Part shown: piece after piece, positions 19,437 to 29,455 of the stretch
Numbering within the stretch: the first letter of the stretch is position 1
Layout of the letters: every line of letters begins with the position of its first letter
DNA from: an uncultured Arcanobacterium sp.
GTDB taxonomy: Bacteria > Actinomycetota > Actinomycetes > Actinomycetales > Actinomycetaceae
Assembly: GCA_958428545.1 (NCBI GenBank)
Contig: CAUAGM010000001.1
Coordinates: 158,428-222,427 of the forward strand
Direction of reading: 5' to 3'
DNA length: 64,000 nt
Made by a program: the position numbers and the translations under genes
Notes under the pieces: model-generated
Told to the model about the DNA's origin: nothing
Database searches by the model: none
The model's input: the letters and a program-made list of their open reading frames with translations, nothing else

Positions 19437-20786
19437 ATGATTGCGATTGGTGTGCTCCTGACGGCGGGCACAGCGCTTTTTGTGGCTGCTGAGTTTGCCT
19501 TTGTTGCGCTTGACCCAGCCACTATTGATTCCAAAGCTGACGAGGGTGATCGGTATGCGCAGCGCGTAGCGCCAAACCTGCATCATATTTCTCTGTATCT
19601 TTCTGCCTGCCAGGTGGGTATTACTCTCACCACTATTTTGCTTGGTTATGTGGCTCAAGCTCCTTTGCAAGATGTGTTTGAGCGTCTGCTTGGCTCTGCT
19701 CCGCTTGCACAAACTGCTGTGGTCGCGATTGCTGCGGCGGTTGCTTTTATTCTGGTAAACCTTTTTTCTATGTTTTTCGGTGAGCTAGTGCCGAAAAACC
19801 TTTCTCTCGCCAACCCTTTGCGCACTGCGTCTTTTGTGTCTCGTCCGCTGCATGCGTTTACTATCGTTTTCAAATTCATTATTGTGGCTCTCAATAACTC
19901 TGCAAACTGGGTGCTTGGTCTTTTTGGAGTGGAGCCAGCTGAAGAGCTTTCAGGTGCTCGCTCTGCCACTGAATTGGCAGCTCTCGTGCGGCGCAGTGCG
20001 CAAGAGGGCACCCTTGATATGAGCACTGCACATTTGCTTGTACGCTCTATTGGCATAGGAAAACTCACTGCGGTTGATGTGATGACTGATCGCGGGCGTA
20101 TGGATACTCTTTCCACAGATGCAACTGCGGCAGACGTCGTCACTCTTGCGAGAGAAACGGGCCATTCCCGATTTCCTGTGATTGGTGACGATCTAGATGA
20201 TGTGCGAGGGCTTGTTCATTTACGCCGTGCCATCGCAATTCCTTATGAACGCCGCGCTTGCGTTGCGGTCACTTCCAGCTCGCTTATGGTGCAAGCTTTG
20301 CGTGTGCCTGAAACTCTCGAACTTGCCCCGCTTTTGGTGCAGCTTCGAGAAGAGGGGCTGCAAATGGCTGTGGTGGTAGATGAGTATGGAGGCACTGCAG
20401 GCGTGGTGACGCTGGAAGACGCTGTAGAAGAAATCGTGGGTGAGGTGGCAGACGAACACGATCGGGAAGAAGAATCAGTGCGCCGTCTTCCAGCAGGTGA
20501 TGTGCTTGTGCCGGGAAGTATTCGCCCAGATGAAGTTGATCGTGATTACGCTCTGCCCGTTCCAGACGATGGACCCTGGGAAACTGTGGGCGGCTGGATC
20601 ATGGCAGGGCTTGGAAAAATTCCGCAAGTGGGCGATGTGTATTGTGAGGATGGTGTAGCTGCTCGGGTGGAGGAAGTAGATGGGCGGCGCGTGGCAACGG
20701 TGCGTTTGAGAGCCGTTGCTGACGATAATAAGGAGGATAGTGCCGCTATATTTGCTCGGTTCTCTGATGAAGGGGGTGAACGATGA
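19437..20786 (+). CDS. CNNM/DUF21-CBS-CorC_HlyC 'hemolysin-family' membrane protein (putative Mg2+/Co2+ efflux)
   Basis: DUF21 TM domain (FVAAEFAFVAL), CBS pair, CorC/HlyC C-terminal domain. An alternative TTG start lies at 19419. Confidence 0.8.
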   Translation: MIAIGVLLTAGTALFVAAEFAFVALDPATIDSKADEGDRYAQRVAPNLHHISLYLSACQVGITLTTILLGYVAQAPLQDVFERLLGSAPLAQTAVVAIAAAVAFILVNLFSMFFGELVPKNLSLANPLRTASFVSRPLHAFTIVFKFIIVALNNSANWVLGLFGVEPAEELSGARSATELAALVRRSAQEGTLDMSTAHLLVRSIGIGKLTAVDVMTDRGRMDTLSTDATAADVVTLARETGHSRFPVIGDDLDDVRGLVHLRRAIAIPYERRACVAVTSSSLMVQALRVPETLELAPLLVQLREEGLQMAVVVDEYGGTAGVVTLEDAVEEIVGEVADEHDREEESVRRLPAGDVLVPGSIRPDEVDRDYALPVPDDGPWETVGGWIMAGLGKIPQVGDVYCEDGVAARVEEVDGRRVATVRLRAVADDNKEDSAAIFARFSDEGGER

Positions 20787-21826
20787 ATACGTGGGCTGCA
20801 TTGCTGATAACGTTGCTTTTACTGATTGGCAACGCTTATTTTGTAGGCTCTGAATTTGCTGTGATGGGTGCGCGGCGCTCTCGTATTGAGCCGTTGGTTG
20901 AGCAGGGAAAACGCGGCGCAAAAACGGTGATTTATGCTCTTGAAAATCTCACGCTCATGCTCGCAACGTGCCAGCTCGGCGTCACCATCTGTTCGGTTGC
21001 TTTAGGTGCAATTAGTGAGCCTGCTATCGCTCATCTTATCGAGGTGCCGCTGGAGTTTCTTCACGTGCCGCACCAGCTCACGCATCCGATTGCATTTGTG
21101 CTGGCGCTTCTCTTAGTTGTTTTTTTACACGTTGTGCTGGGGGAGATGGTGCCTAAAAACATCGCCATCACAACTCCCGAGAGAGCTGCACTGCTTTTTA
21201 TGCCTGCGCTCGTCGTATTCTCAAAAATTTTCTACCCAGTGGTGGCGAGCTTAAACTGGCTCTCGGTTCATGTGATCCGCCTTCTTGGCGTAGAGCCTAA
21301 AGATGAAGTGACTTCTGCGTTCACTGCAGATGAAGTAGCATCAATCGTTGAGGTGAGTGAAGCGGCAGGGGTGCTCCATGCTGATGTGGATTTGCTTTCT
21401 GGTGCGCTAGAATTTTCAGAGCATACCGCTCGCGATGTGATGGTTCCTCTTGATGATTTGGCGAGTGTGCCGTGGACGATTTCAGTACAAGATTTCGAAG
21501 AGTTAGCTGGAAAGACGGGTTTCTCTCGCTTTCCTCTCCTTGATAAATCAGGAGTTCCTCGCGGGTATCTGCACGTGAAAGATATTTTGGATGTGCCAGA
21601 TTTTCGGCGCACTGAGCCTGTTCCCTCTCGCAGGATTCGTCCACTTCCGATTGTGTGCGCAAGCGTGGAAGTGGAAAACGCGCTGCGTACAATGCAAAAT
21701 GCTCGCACGCATATGGCAAGAGTGGTAGATGACAGCAATTTCGAGCATATACTTGGTGTGATTTTTCTTGAAGATATTTTGGAAGAGCTTGTGGGTGAAG
21801 TGCGAGATGCCATGCAGCGCGGGTGA
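20783..21826 (+). CDS. second CNNM/DUF21-CBS membrane protein (lacks a long CorC_HlyC tail)
   Basis: ATGA overlap with the upstream paralogue. DUF21 (FVGSEFAVMGA) plus CBS pair. Confidence 0.8.
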   Translation: MNTWAALLITLLLLIGNAYFVGSEFAVMGARRSRIEPLVEQGKRGAKTVIYALENLTLMLATCQLGVTICSVALGAISEPAIAHLIEVPLEFLHVPHQLTHPIAFVLALLLVVFLHVVLGEMVPKNIAITTPERAALLFMPALVVFSKIFYPVVASLNWLSVHVIRLLGVEPKDEVTSAFTADEVASIVEVSEAAGVLHADVDLLSGALEFSEHTARDVMVPLDDLASVPWTISVQDFEELAGKTGFSRFPLLDKSGVPRGYLHVKDILDVPDFRRTEPVPSRRIRPLPIVCASVEVENALRTMQNARTHMARVVDDSNFEHILGVIFLEDILEELVGEVRDAMQRG

Positions 21827-22070
21827 CGTATGTGCCAGAGCCGGCTCGTCAGCTCACAGCGCATCATTCACAGTTGTGATTGCCTGAGCGCAGCTGAGCA
21901 ATTCTGGTTGCACAATTCCTAGCAGTGTGCTCGTCATTTACAGGGTGCTGGCTTAAATGTGAGCGCCTTGTGCGCCGTTTCACGATTCAATATATAACTT
22001 CATGTAGCGATTTTGTTATCAAAGCGTTATTATTTTCAGTGGTAAAGATCGTTGGCTAAAAGGAGATAGC

Positions 22071-23120
22071 GTGACGCAAGAAGATTGCACAGAGCGCATT
22101 CGTCCTACGAGACGTGAGCTCCGTTTGGCTAGGCAGGCTGCCGAGAGTAAGCAACAGGCTGGGAGCGCGCAACATATAGAAGATAAGGGTGAGAATAGCT
22201 CTGCGGATATTAACGACACTGTCGTTTTGGAGCTACACTCTCAATCAATCTTGCGCGATAAGAAAAAAACTGACGCTCGGCTAAAATTTGATGCTTCTTG
22301 CACGCGCAGACGATTTACTTCCCTTAAAAATATTCTTTGCTCAGGTATGAGCAACGGCAAGCATGTGATTACAGGCGTAGTTGTGGGGTTTGCCGTTGTA
22401 GCATTTGCCGTTGGATCTTTTTCTGTTAAGAACTCCAGCGAAGCTCAGGCTATTGCTGGTACGTCTGTGCTTTCCAATGAAGTGAAGACTAGTGAAGAAT
22501 CCACACCAGAATCGGTGACTGCCTCGGAAAGTGGGCAGAGGCTTTCTAAAGCCCAGAAGCGTGCAGAGTCTGCTAATTCTATTGCGCAGGATTCTTCTGC
22601 TGTATGCCGAGGCTTAGCTGAGGGGGCGTCTTCAGTCGTCAGCGCGTATGTGCCTGATGATTTTTCGATGGTATATATGCCGATGATGGAAGGGACGTAT
22701 CGCATATCTTCTCCCTTTGGTATGCGTTCGCATCCTATTACTGGTGAGTATTCAATGCATCACGGTGTTGATATGGCAGGAGCTGCAGGGACGCCGATTT
22801 ATTCTGTTGCCGATGGTGTTGTATTGAGTGTTACCGCTGCTGGTGCAAATAACGGCATCGTCATTGAGCATAAGGTCAATGGAAAAGTCTTTACATCGTG
22901 GTATCTGCACTCCTATGCAGATCAAATTATGGTTACTCCAGGTGAGCGAGTAAAAGCAGGGCAGCAAATTACGAGCCGCGGTTCGGCAGGTGCGAGTACA
23001 GGAGCACATCTTCATTTTGAAATGCATCATGGTGCTGGAATGGATACTGAGGCTTCAGAGCCTTTGAGTTTCTTAAAAGATCTCGGTGCTGTTGATATTA
23101 GCCAAAAGTGTGCTGGCTAA
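22071..23120 (+). CDS. M23-family metallopeptidase (peptidoglycan DD-endopeptidase-like) with N-terminal membrane anchor
   Basis: HxxxD and HxH motifs (HHGVDMAG...GAHLHFEMH). GTG start with SD sequence aaaggag. Confidence 0.75.
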   Translation: MTQEDCTERIRPTRRELRLARQAAESKQQAGSAQHIEDKGENSSADINDTVVLELHSQSILRDKKKTDARLKFDASCTRRRFTSLKNILCSGMSNGKHVITGVVVGFAVVAFAVGSFSVKNSSEAQAIAGTSVLSNEVKTSEESTPESVTASESGQRLSKAQKRAESANSIAQDSSAVCRGLAEGASSVVSAYVPDDFSMVYMPMMEGTYRISSPFGMRSHPITGEYSMHHGVDMAGAAGTPIYSVADGVVLSVTAAGANNGIVIEHKVNGKVFTSWYLHSYADQIMVTPGERVKAGQQITSRGSAGASTGAHLHFEMHHGAGMDTEASEPLSFLKDLGAVDISQKCAG

Positions 23121-23929
23121 GGTGGTATGCCAAGAATACTATGGTACGGCGATTATGGCCTATCGGCGAGAAACCGCGAGTTCTTGCCCATAGAGGTGGC
23201 GGGCATGAGGCATTGGAAAATTCTTTAGAAGCCTTTGCCATGATGGCAAGTAAAGGTTTTCGGTATATCGAAACTGATGCTCATGCCACGAACGATGGTG
23301 TTGTAGTCCTCTTTCACGATAGTTCACTCGATCGAACCACAGATGGTACGGGGAAAATTGCCGATTACTCGTGGAAAGAGCTGGCTCGTGTGCGTGATTA
23401 TTCGGGGAATCCTCTTGTACGCTTAGATGATGCATTGGAGCTTTTTCCAGAAATTTTTTTCAACATTGATGCAAAATCTCAGCACGTTGTTGATTCTTTG
23501 ATAACGACGATAAGAAAAGCGAATGCCGTTGAGCGTGTAAGCTTGGCGTCTTTCAGTGAAATGCGCCTCAAAGGTATGCGCAGATCTCTTCAAGATGTGC
23601 GTTCATCGCTGGGCACAGGTGCAATCGCAACTCTTGTCGTGCTTTCTTATCTACCTTCACGTCTTAGTCTGTTTCTTGCAAAAATGCTCGTACCTTCTGT
23701 GAAACATGGCGTCGAGGCTGTGCAAGTACCTCTGAAGCAAATGCGTGTACAAGTGGTGACTCCTCGTTTTATCCGCTTGTGCCACGCACGAGGCCTGGCT
23801 GTGCACGTCTGGACGATTAACCATGAGGTGACGATGCGTGAGTTACTTGCGCAAGGCGTCGATGCGATTATCACCGATGAGCCAACTCTCGCTCAGCAGG
23901 TAATCGATGAATATTGGCGCGGTGCATAG
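23108..23929 (+). CDS. glycerophosphodiester phosphodiesterase family protein
   Basis: GDPD motifs (LAHRGG..ENSLEAF, IETDAHATNDGVVVLFHD). Alternative start at the ATG at 23141. Confidence 0.75.
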   Translation: MCWLRWYAKNTMVRRLWPIGEKPRVLAHRGGGHEALENSLEAFAMMASKGFRYIETDAHATNDGVVVLFHDSSLDRTTDGTGKIADYSWKELARVRDYSGNPLVRLDDALELFPEIFFNIDAKSQHVVDSLITTIRKANAVERVSLASFSEMRLKGMRRSLQDVRSSLGTGAIATLVVLSYLPSRLSLFLAKMLVPSVKHGVEAVQVPLKQMRVQVVTPRFIRLCHARGLAVHVWTINHEVTMRELLAQGVDAIITDEPTLAQQVIDEYWRGA

Positions 23930-24039
23930 GCTTTTCTGAGAGTGCACAATTATGTTGGTTTATGTGAGGGATATATGCCAGTAATCCCTGCAGAAGCCGA
24001 GGCGGATGTGCAGATTCTCGGTTGTAGATTGTGTGGCGG

Positions 24040-25380
24040 TTAGAAGCGTATCGCGTCAATTGGGCGCATACGCACAGCTGTTGTTGCTGGAATAATCCCG
24101 CACAGTGCCCCTACGCTTGCAGAGATGAGCACCCCGAGCAGAGCTGCCTGCATGGGATACCCCCACGCAACTCCGCCTAAGTCAATCCCAGCTAGCTCGA
24201 GCGGAGCGCATCTGATTGTGAGAATCGAAGCGACAACGCCGAAGAATCCAGCAACAGTTGTTGCCACAACTGATTCGAGGAATACAGAGAAGAAAATTCT
24301 CTTTGCTGAAGCTCCCACAGCGCGGCGGATACCGATTTCTCGCACACGGGTTTTTACCGTCACGATGCTGACGGTGAGCAGCCCGAGCGCGCCGAGTAAA
24401 ATCACAATTCCTCCAATTGCTGCCACAACTGTTGTGATTGCTGTTTCTGTGCCTCTCAATCTATCAAAAGCTCCCTCGTTAAAGAGGCCGTTCACTTTAT
24501 AGCCAGAGCCAAGATTACCCTGGAGGATTGCTGCAGATATTTTTGCAGCATCTTTAGCTTGGTCTGCTGGGGCGACGATGCTCAGCTCGGGTGGTCTTGG
24601 CGTGTAGTCGCCTTGTATCGGCGTGACGTACGGCCACGTGCCAGAATGCACGTAGATTTCAACGCTGTCGTGGATATTGATGTTTTTGACGACGCCTACA
24701 ACTGTAACTGCCGTTGTGTGATCTTTGCTCAGCCATATCCGAGGGTGGCTGGCAAGTGATGGTTTTCCGATTGCTTTCCATGCGTTTTCATTGATGACGG
24801 CAGGATTCATTTGCAGATTTTTATCAGAATCGATGAGAGATCGCCCTTCTTTAATGACGCGCCCGTAAATATCAAAAAATCCGGGAGTAACGCCGATAAG
24901 CGAACCGTTTTCGCCTGTGCACCATTCGTCGTAGCATTTATTGTAGTCAGGTGCATCTGGGTAGATTTGCTGGTTTTGCTTAAGAGTCCAATACTTGGCG
25001 TTTATTCGCTTAATAGTGGCTTCAGTTGCTGTGCGGAAATGCTCATATTGAGAGATGGCTTTTTCTCGACTGTTGGCTGCTTGGGATGAAGAAGCAGTGT
25101 TATCGCTTGTATCACTTGAACGGAAACCTTCTGCCGCCTCGTTAGTCTCGTTATTTTCATTGCTGTTCGTGCTTGTGGTGGTGAGTGTGATTGTGCCGCG
25201 AACTCCGTCATATCGAGCAAACATATGTTCTTCTGCAGCAGTTAAGAGCGAACCGAGAGCAAGCACTGTTGCCATTGCCCATACTGCCGCGCCAACGCCG
25301 ATAAGGGAAAGAATCACGCGGGCGCGATTGATCTTCACTTCTTCCCACGCCTCTATCAGTGCGCCAAGAAAACTGGTCAT
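24040..25380 (-). CDS. ABC transporter permease, FtsX/MacB-type with large extracytoplasmic domain
   Basis: N-terminal TM, periplasmic domain of about 250 aa, C-terminal FtsX 3-TM bundle. Start overlaps the ATPase gene stop. Confidence 0.8.
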   Translation of the reverse strand: MTSFLGALIEAWEEVKINRARVILSLIGVGAAVWAMATVLALGSLLTAAEEHMFARYDGVRGTITLTTTSTNSNENNETNEAAEGFRSSDTSDNTASSSQAANSREKAISQYEHFRTATEATIKRINAKYWTLKQNQQIYPDAPDYNKCYDEWCTGENGSLIGVTPGFFDIYGRVIKEGRSLIDSDKNLQMNPAVINENAWKAIGKPSLASHPRIWLSKDHTTAVTVVGVVKNINIHDSVEIYVHSGTWPYVTPIQGDYTPRPPELSIVAPADQAKDAAKISAAILQGNLGSGYKVNGLFNEGAFDRLRGTETAITTVVAAIGGIVILLGALGLLTVSIVTVKTRVREIGIRRAVGASAKRIFFSVFLESVVATTVAGFFGVVASILTIRCAPLELAGIDLGGVAWGYPMQAALLGVLISASVGALCGIIPATTAVRMRPIDAIRF

Positions 25381-26114
25381 TGAGCGTCACCTCCCAGCGG
25401 TACGGAATCAACCAGCACAGATTCAGGTAGATGGGAGGCGTCATGCAAGATTCCATCAGCGATTTCATAGACGTGTGTAGCGCGCTGCGCCACTCCCATA
25501 TCATGTGTGATGACGATAAGTGCGGCATTATTTTCTGCTGCTGCTTCTTCCAGTAAATCCATCACCATAGCTCCTGTATGCGGATCGAGCGCGCCAGTTG
25601 GCTCATCAGCCAAAATGAGTGTTGGCTGGCGGATAAGTGCGCGGGCAATAGCCACACGCTGCTGCTCGCCGCCTGAAAGCTGGTTTGGCATGGCGTGCAG
25701 GCGCTCGCCCAACCCCACTTTTTTGAGCATATCTGCCGCCAGCGAGTGACGGCGGAAAAGTTCAGTTCCGTTGTGGTAGAGCAGGGGTACTTCTACGTTG
25801 TTGAGAGCGTCACGGGTGGGGAAGAGGTTGAATTGCTGAAACACAAATCCAACTGAGGATCCTCGCTTCTTGGACCGTTCAGCGTCACCAAATGTAAGAA
25901 TATCGTCTCCATCCCATAGGTAGCTTCCGCTCGTTGGTTGATCGAGCAAGCCGATAATGTTGAGCAAGGTGGATTTCCCTGTGCCAGAATGCCCCACAAT
26001 CGAGATGTGATCGCCGGGATTCACGTCGAGATCTACTCCTTTGAGGATATGAAGATCTTCGCCGTTGGGAAGAGTGACTGTACGCGTGATATTGCGCAGT
26101 TCAAGCATTGCCAT
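25377..26114 (-). CDS. ABC transporter ATP-binding protein (MacB/LolD-like)
   Basis: Walker [10 protein letters not shown], signature [15 protein letters not shown], Walker [13 protein letters not shown]. Confidence 0.9.
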   Translation of the reverse strand: MAMLELRNITRTVTLPNGEDLHILKGVDLDVNPGDHISIVGHSGTGKSTLLNIIGLLDQPTSGSYLWDGDDILTFGDAERSKKRGSSVGFVFQQFNLFPTRDALNNVEVPLLYHNGTELFRRHSLAADMLKKVGLGERLHAMPNQLSGGEQQRVAIARALIRQPTLILADEPTGALDPHTGAMVMDLLEEAAAENNAALIVITHDMGVAQRATHVYEIADGILHDASHLPESVLVDSVPLGGDAQ

Positions 26115-26126
26115 GAGAATCTCCGT

Positions 26127-27110
26127 TTACTCGCCCATGCCATACTTGGTCTGATCGTCTTTGATATCTTCTGGATCAATGCTTGGAACGAATTCCAAAA
26201 CGGACGTTCCTTCTTCGATTCCGCCTTTGATTTCGACGTATTGACCGTCGCTTATGCCGATTTCTACTTTCTGGGCTGCGGGCTTGCCGCCAGGAGTCTC
26301 TGCAGGGAGGTAGACGTTGCCTTCGCGGAATCGTCCTTCAACGGCAGTGGCTGGGAGGGTGAGAGCGTCGCTCACGGATTCGCCGGCGATTGTGAGCGTT
26401 GCTTTTAGGCCATCAAATACTGTTTGATCTGAGGGTATTGCACAGCGCAGCTCAGGGGAGGTGGTGCGAGAAGTTGTTCCTCCAGACTGTGTGGTAGATG
26501 TAATACTCGCTGTGCGCAGACCAGTGCAGGTAAAAGGTGCTGGGCCATTTTTAATAGTAAGTGTTGCTTCGCTGGGAATCCCTTGCAGGCGGTAGAGCTT
26601 ATCGGGAGTGAGCTGTACGCTGGCGTGGAAGGTGGTGGCTTCAATTTCACCTAAGGCTTCTCCGACAGAGACGGTTTGGTTTTCAATTGCATCTACGCGA
26701 ACAGTTCCTGCTGTGGGTGCATATATGTCGATCCACTTATATGCTGTGCTCGCCCCTTCTTCGGGGTTGTTTGATCCTACCGTTACTTCGCTGCGCACTT
26801 GGAGAATTCGATCTCCTTCATTGACGGCGGCGCCATTGGCAGTAAATATCTTGACGATGGTGCCTTCTGCTGAGGATTTGATTGGTTTGGCATCGTCACG
26901 CAGTACTGTTGCCTCGAACTCTTGCGTGTTTTCAATACTGCCGCGAGTCACTTCCACGGTTGGGAGCTCAAAGTTTCCTTGCCCGATAATTCCTTCGTTT
27001 TTTTCTTGATTGGGGAAGAAAGCTACTTTAATGAGTGCAATGGCAATGATCGTCCAGATAGCGATGCGGATTATCTGCATGACGAAACGGCGGCGAGGGT
27101 GAGCGTCCAT
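26127..27110 (-). CDS. membrane-anchored periplasmic adaptor (HlyD/MFP-like) of the MacB-type ABC system
   Basis: N-terminal TM followed by β-rich/lipoyl-like repeats. Sits first in the three-gene operon. Confidence 0.55.
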   Translation of the reverse strand: MDAHPRRRFVMQIIRIAIWTIIAIALIKVAFFPNQEKNEGIIGQGNFELPTVEVTRGSIENTQEFEATVLRDDAKPIKSSAEGTIVKIFTANGAAVNEGDRILQVRSEVTVGSNNPEEGASTAYKWIDIYAPTAGTVRVDAIENQTVSVGEALGEIEATTFHASVQLTPDKLYRLQGIPSEATLTIKNGPAPFTCTGLRTASITSTTQSGGTTSRTTSPELRCAIPSDQTVFDGLKATLTIAGESVSDALTLPATAVEGRFREGNVYLPAETPGGKPAAQKVEIGISDGQYVEIKGGIEEGTSVLEFVPSIDPEDIKDDQTKYGMGE

Positions 27111-27710
27111 AGGATTCTCCTAGCTTCTTCGCAGTGGTTACTAAGTAACTATTTAGATAAATTGAGGTTATCTTAAGGTGTGTGAGAGTGTCAATAGAGC
27201 GACGTAGTTTATATAAAATAGAGCAACTTATCTTCTAGTATCTTTGAGATTTCACTCCCAATCTCGGGAGAAGAGAGGTGTGGCTACAGTAGCTGAAGTT
27301 GCATCCGCCCCTGATCTTATCTTCCTAGGTGGCAGAGTAATAACTGGCTGGTTAGGTACAAATGGGGAGCTACAGAAACTGGGGCGTGGATAGACCGTAA
27401 GGGTGGAGTTAAGCAGGTTTTGCTTATAATCCCAAACTGGCATTGGTAACTGGCATTGGTCTGTGCTCTGCTTCTTAATTCTGTTAGAGAGTTAGTCACA
27501 TCAACTGTACGTTTTCTAGAGCTATTAAGACCATTCGTTATACGTTCTGTGAAACTGCGTGATAGTAACGCCGTATATTCTCGTATATTCCTCCATATTT
27601 CTTTTATTTGCGTATCGGTCTACCTAATGGTATATGGGTTTTTGGTGCGCAACCATTCAACGGAAGAACACCAAAAACCCAGATATCAGGGAAAGTTCCT
27701 TCAGCAGAAT

Positions 27711-28529
27711 CTATTCAAGTAGCCAGGTAGCGGTAGCTGTGTCGTCAAAAAGATTTCCGAAATAGGAAATGCTGGCTGCGTCGGTTTTAATTGGAACAAT
27801 TCCGCTAACAGTGCCACTAGGTTGTAGAGTTCCACTGCCCAACGTTTCTTCGTCGAGGAGAGCGAATTCAGGGCTTTCCGTATTCCCTGATGAAGAGGTT
27901 TGTTTCCAATCGAAACTGTTGTAGTCTACCGATTTAGAACCAGTATTTTTGTAACTTACAGTTACTAGTAGATATTCGTCTCCTACCTGATCAGTTTCTT
28001 CGATTTTTGAATCTACCGATACTTGTAAACCATTCTTCAAAGTTACTGCTTCTCCAACAGCGAGTTTGCTAGTGTCTTCGTTCTTATTGCTGTCGCCGGA
28101 ATCCTTATCCTCATCTTTCTTAGCGTCCCCAGAATCGGCTTTTTCGCTGGTTTCGGCAATGGTAGATCCAGCGTTCAGCTCTTTCGAGACTTCATCTAGA
28201 GCTTTTCCGAAGATCCATTGCGTGCAAAGAACTATTACGATGGCAATAACGTTAATGATAACGGCAGCAGTCGTAAGACCTTTCCCTCCCGCTTTTCCTT
28301 TGCGTATGGAGAAAATCCCTACGATTCCAAGGATTAGACCGATAATGGCTAATATGAAAGAAATATTATTGAGAATTGGAATCCAAGAACCGAGTATTGC
28401 GACAATTCCAAGAACCAAAGCCGCAATTCCTAGTCCTGATGTTTTTTGTGGAGTCGGCGCTGGCTGCATAAACTGTCCCTGGGGACTTTGAGTCTCAATT
28501 TGAGCCCCAAGAGGCTGATTTTCAGACAT
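27711..28529 (-). CDS. DUF4190 (N-terminal TM) + DUF4352 domain membrane protein, in an AT-rich islet
   Basis: Gln/Pro-rich N-terminus, two TM helices, acidic linker, C-terminal β-sandwich-like domain (VTLKNGLQVSVDS...LLVTVSYKNTGSKSVDYNSFDWK). GC is clearly lower than in the flanks. Confidence 0.6.
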   Translation of the reverse strand: MSENQPLGAQIETQSPQGQFMQPAPTPQKTSGLGIAALVLGIVAILGSWIPILNNISFILAIIGLILGIVGIFSIRKGKAGGKGLTTAAVIINVIAIVIVLCTQWIFGKALDEVSKELNAGSTIAETSEKADSGDAKKDEDKDSGDSNKNEDTSKLAVGEAVTLKNGLQVSVDSKIEETDQVGDEYLLVTVSYKNTGSKSVDYNSFDWKQTSSSGNTESPEFALLDEETLGSGTLQPSGTVSGIVPIKTDAASISYFGNLFDDTATATWLLE

Positions 28530-28703
28530 GATTGTTCACTTTCTATGAATGCGTGTATTAAATAAATCTGTAGAATTCTCTGGTTAATCCGAAAACTACA
28601 GATCAGTTCCTGAAATATGAGAATAATTCGGTTGTATTGCCAAAATCGGGTCAGCAACTCTCCTCATTATTTCCATTGTTCAGTGGATTTAATTCTTGTT
28701 TGT

Positions 28704-28711
28704 GGGGGGGG
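28704..28711. repeat. G8 homopolymeric tract upstream of the DUF4352 gene
   Basis: tgtggggggggtatg. Similar tracts: G9 at 36719-36727 and G7 at 34321-34327. Confidence 0.7.
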
Positions 28712-29093
28712 TATGTCAAGCTAATAGATGCTTGGATGTTGATAGATTCTCGCATTTTCCCCAACGATGCTATAGCGGTCTTCTTTGTTAAATTTTCCAG
28801 TCTTGATCCAGCCTGAGTGGCGTGTTGATCGCGTTCATGTCAATTAGCTCAGCAAGGCTTGGCGTTGCGGGTTTGAACGTATGCCGTTTAGGGATTTCCA
28901 AGAGGATTAATAAATTGTTTTCTTCGTACCGTCCTACATGCTAGCCATGTAGTTGTTCGCATTTTAGTGGTGCCGATAATACAGAAAAGTCTAATGACGT
29001 GGGAAATGGTGTGGGTTTCCGCATCTCGATTAATTATATCGCAATTTATTATATCGCAATTTTCAAAATGGCTTTATCCTACCGAAAACTCGG

Positions 29094-29166
29094 TGCCCCA
29101 GACAGGATTCGAACCTGCGACCTTTCGCTCCGGAGGCGAACGCTCTATCCCCTGAGCTACTGGGGC
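29094..29166 (-). tRNA. tRNA-Arg (anticodon CCG)
   Basis: The reverse complement folds as a cloverleaf: acceptor GCCCCAG/CTGGGGC, D-arm GCTC..GAGC, anticodon loop CTCCGGA (CCG), T-arm GCAGG TTCGAAT CCTGT. No encoded CCA. Confidence 0.85.
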
Positions 29167-29455
29167 TGGGCGCTTTTGATTTTAGTTGGAATTGCTCTGA
29201 GTCACAATTCCATATTCTTTTCCTAGCGTTCGGCGGTATATCTCTATAGAAAACGTCTATGCTCGCATATATTCCTAGCAATGCCTATCTGGCAATGCTT
29301 ATTAAATAATATCTGCTTATGTGTACGTGCGAGCAGGCGATAATACTAAGGGTAATGCTGAAAGAAATACGCCTGTATATGTTCAAAGAAAGACGCGGCG
29401 ATATTCACACCACAGCAAATAGGGTCGGCGTTCCTTTGCCCGTTAGAATGTTGGC

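Noticed and set aside
24125-24502. 125-aa plus-strand ORF inside the FtsX permease gene
   Set aside because: Antisense to a clear membrane-permease gene. Low-complexity Ala/Thr/Pro composition.
29185-29210. Hairpin tggaattg-ctctgagtca-caattcca between the tRNA and argS
   Set aside because: No adjacent U-tract and no convergent transcript that it would terminate. Probably incidental.
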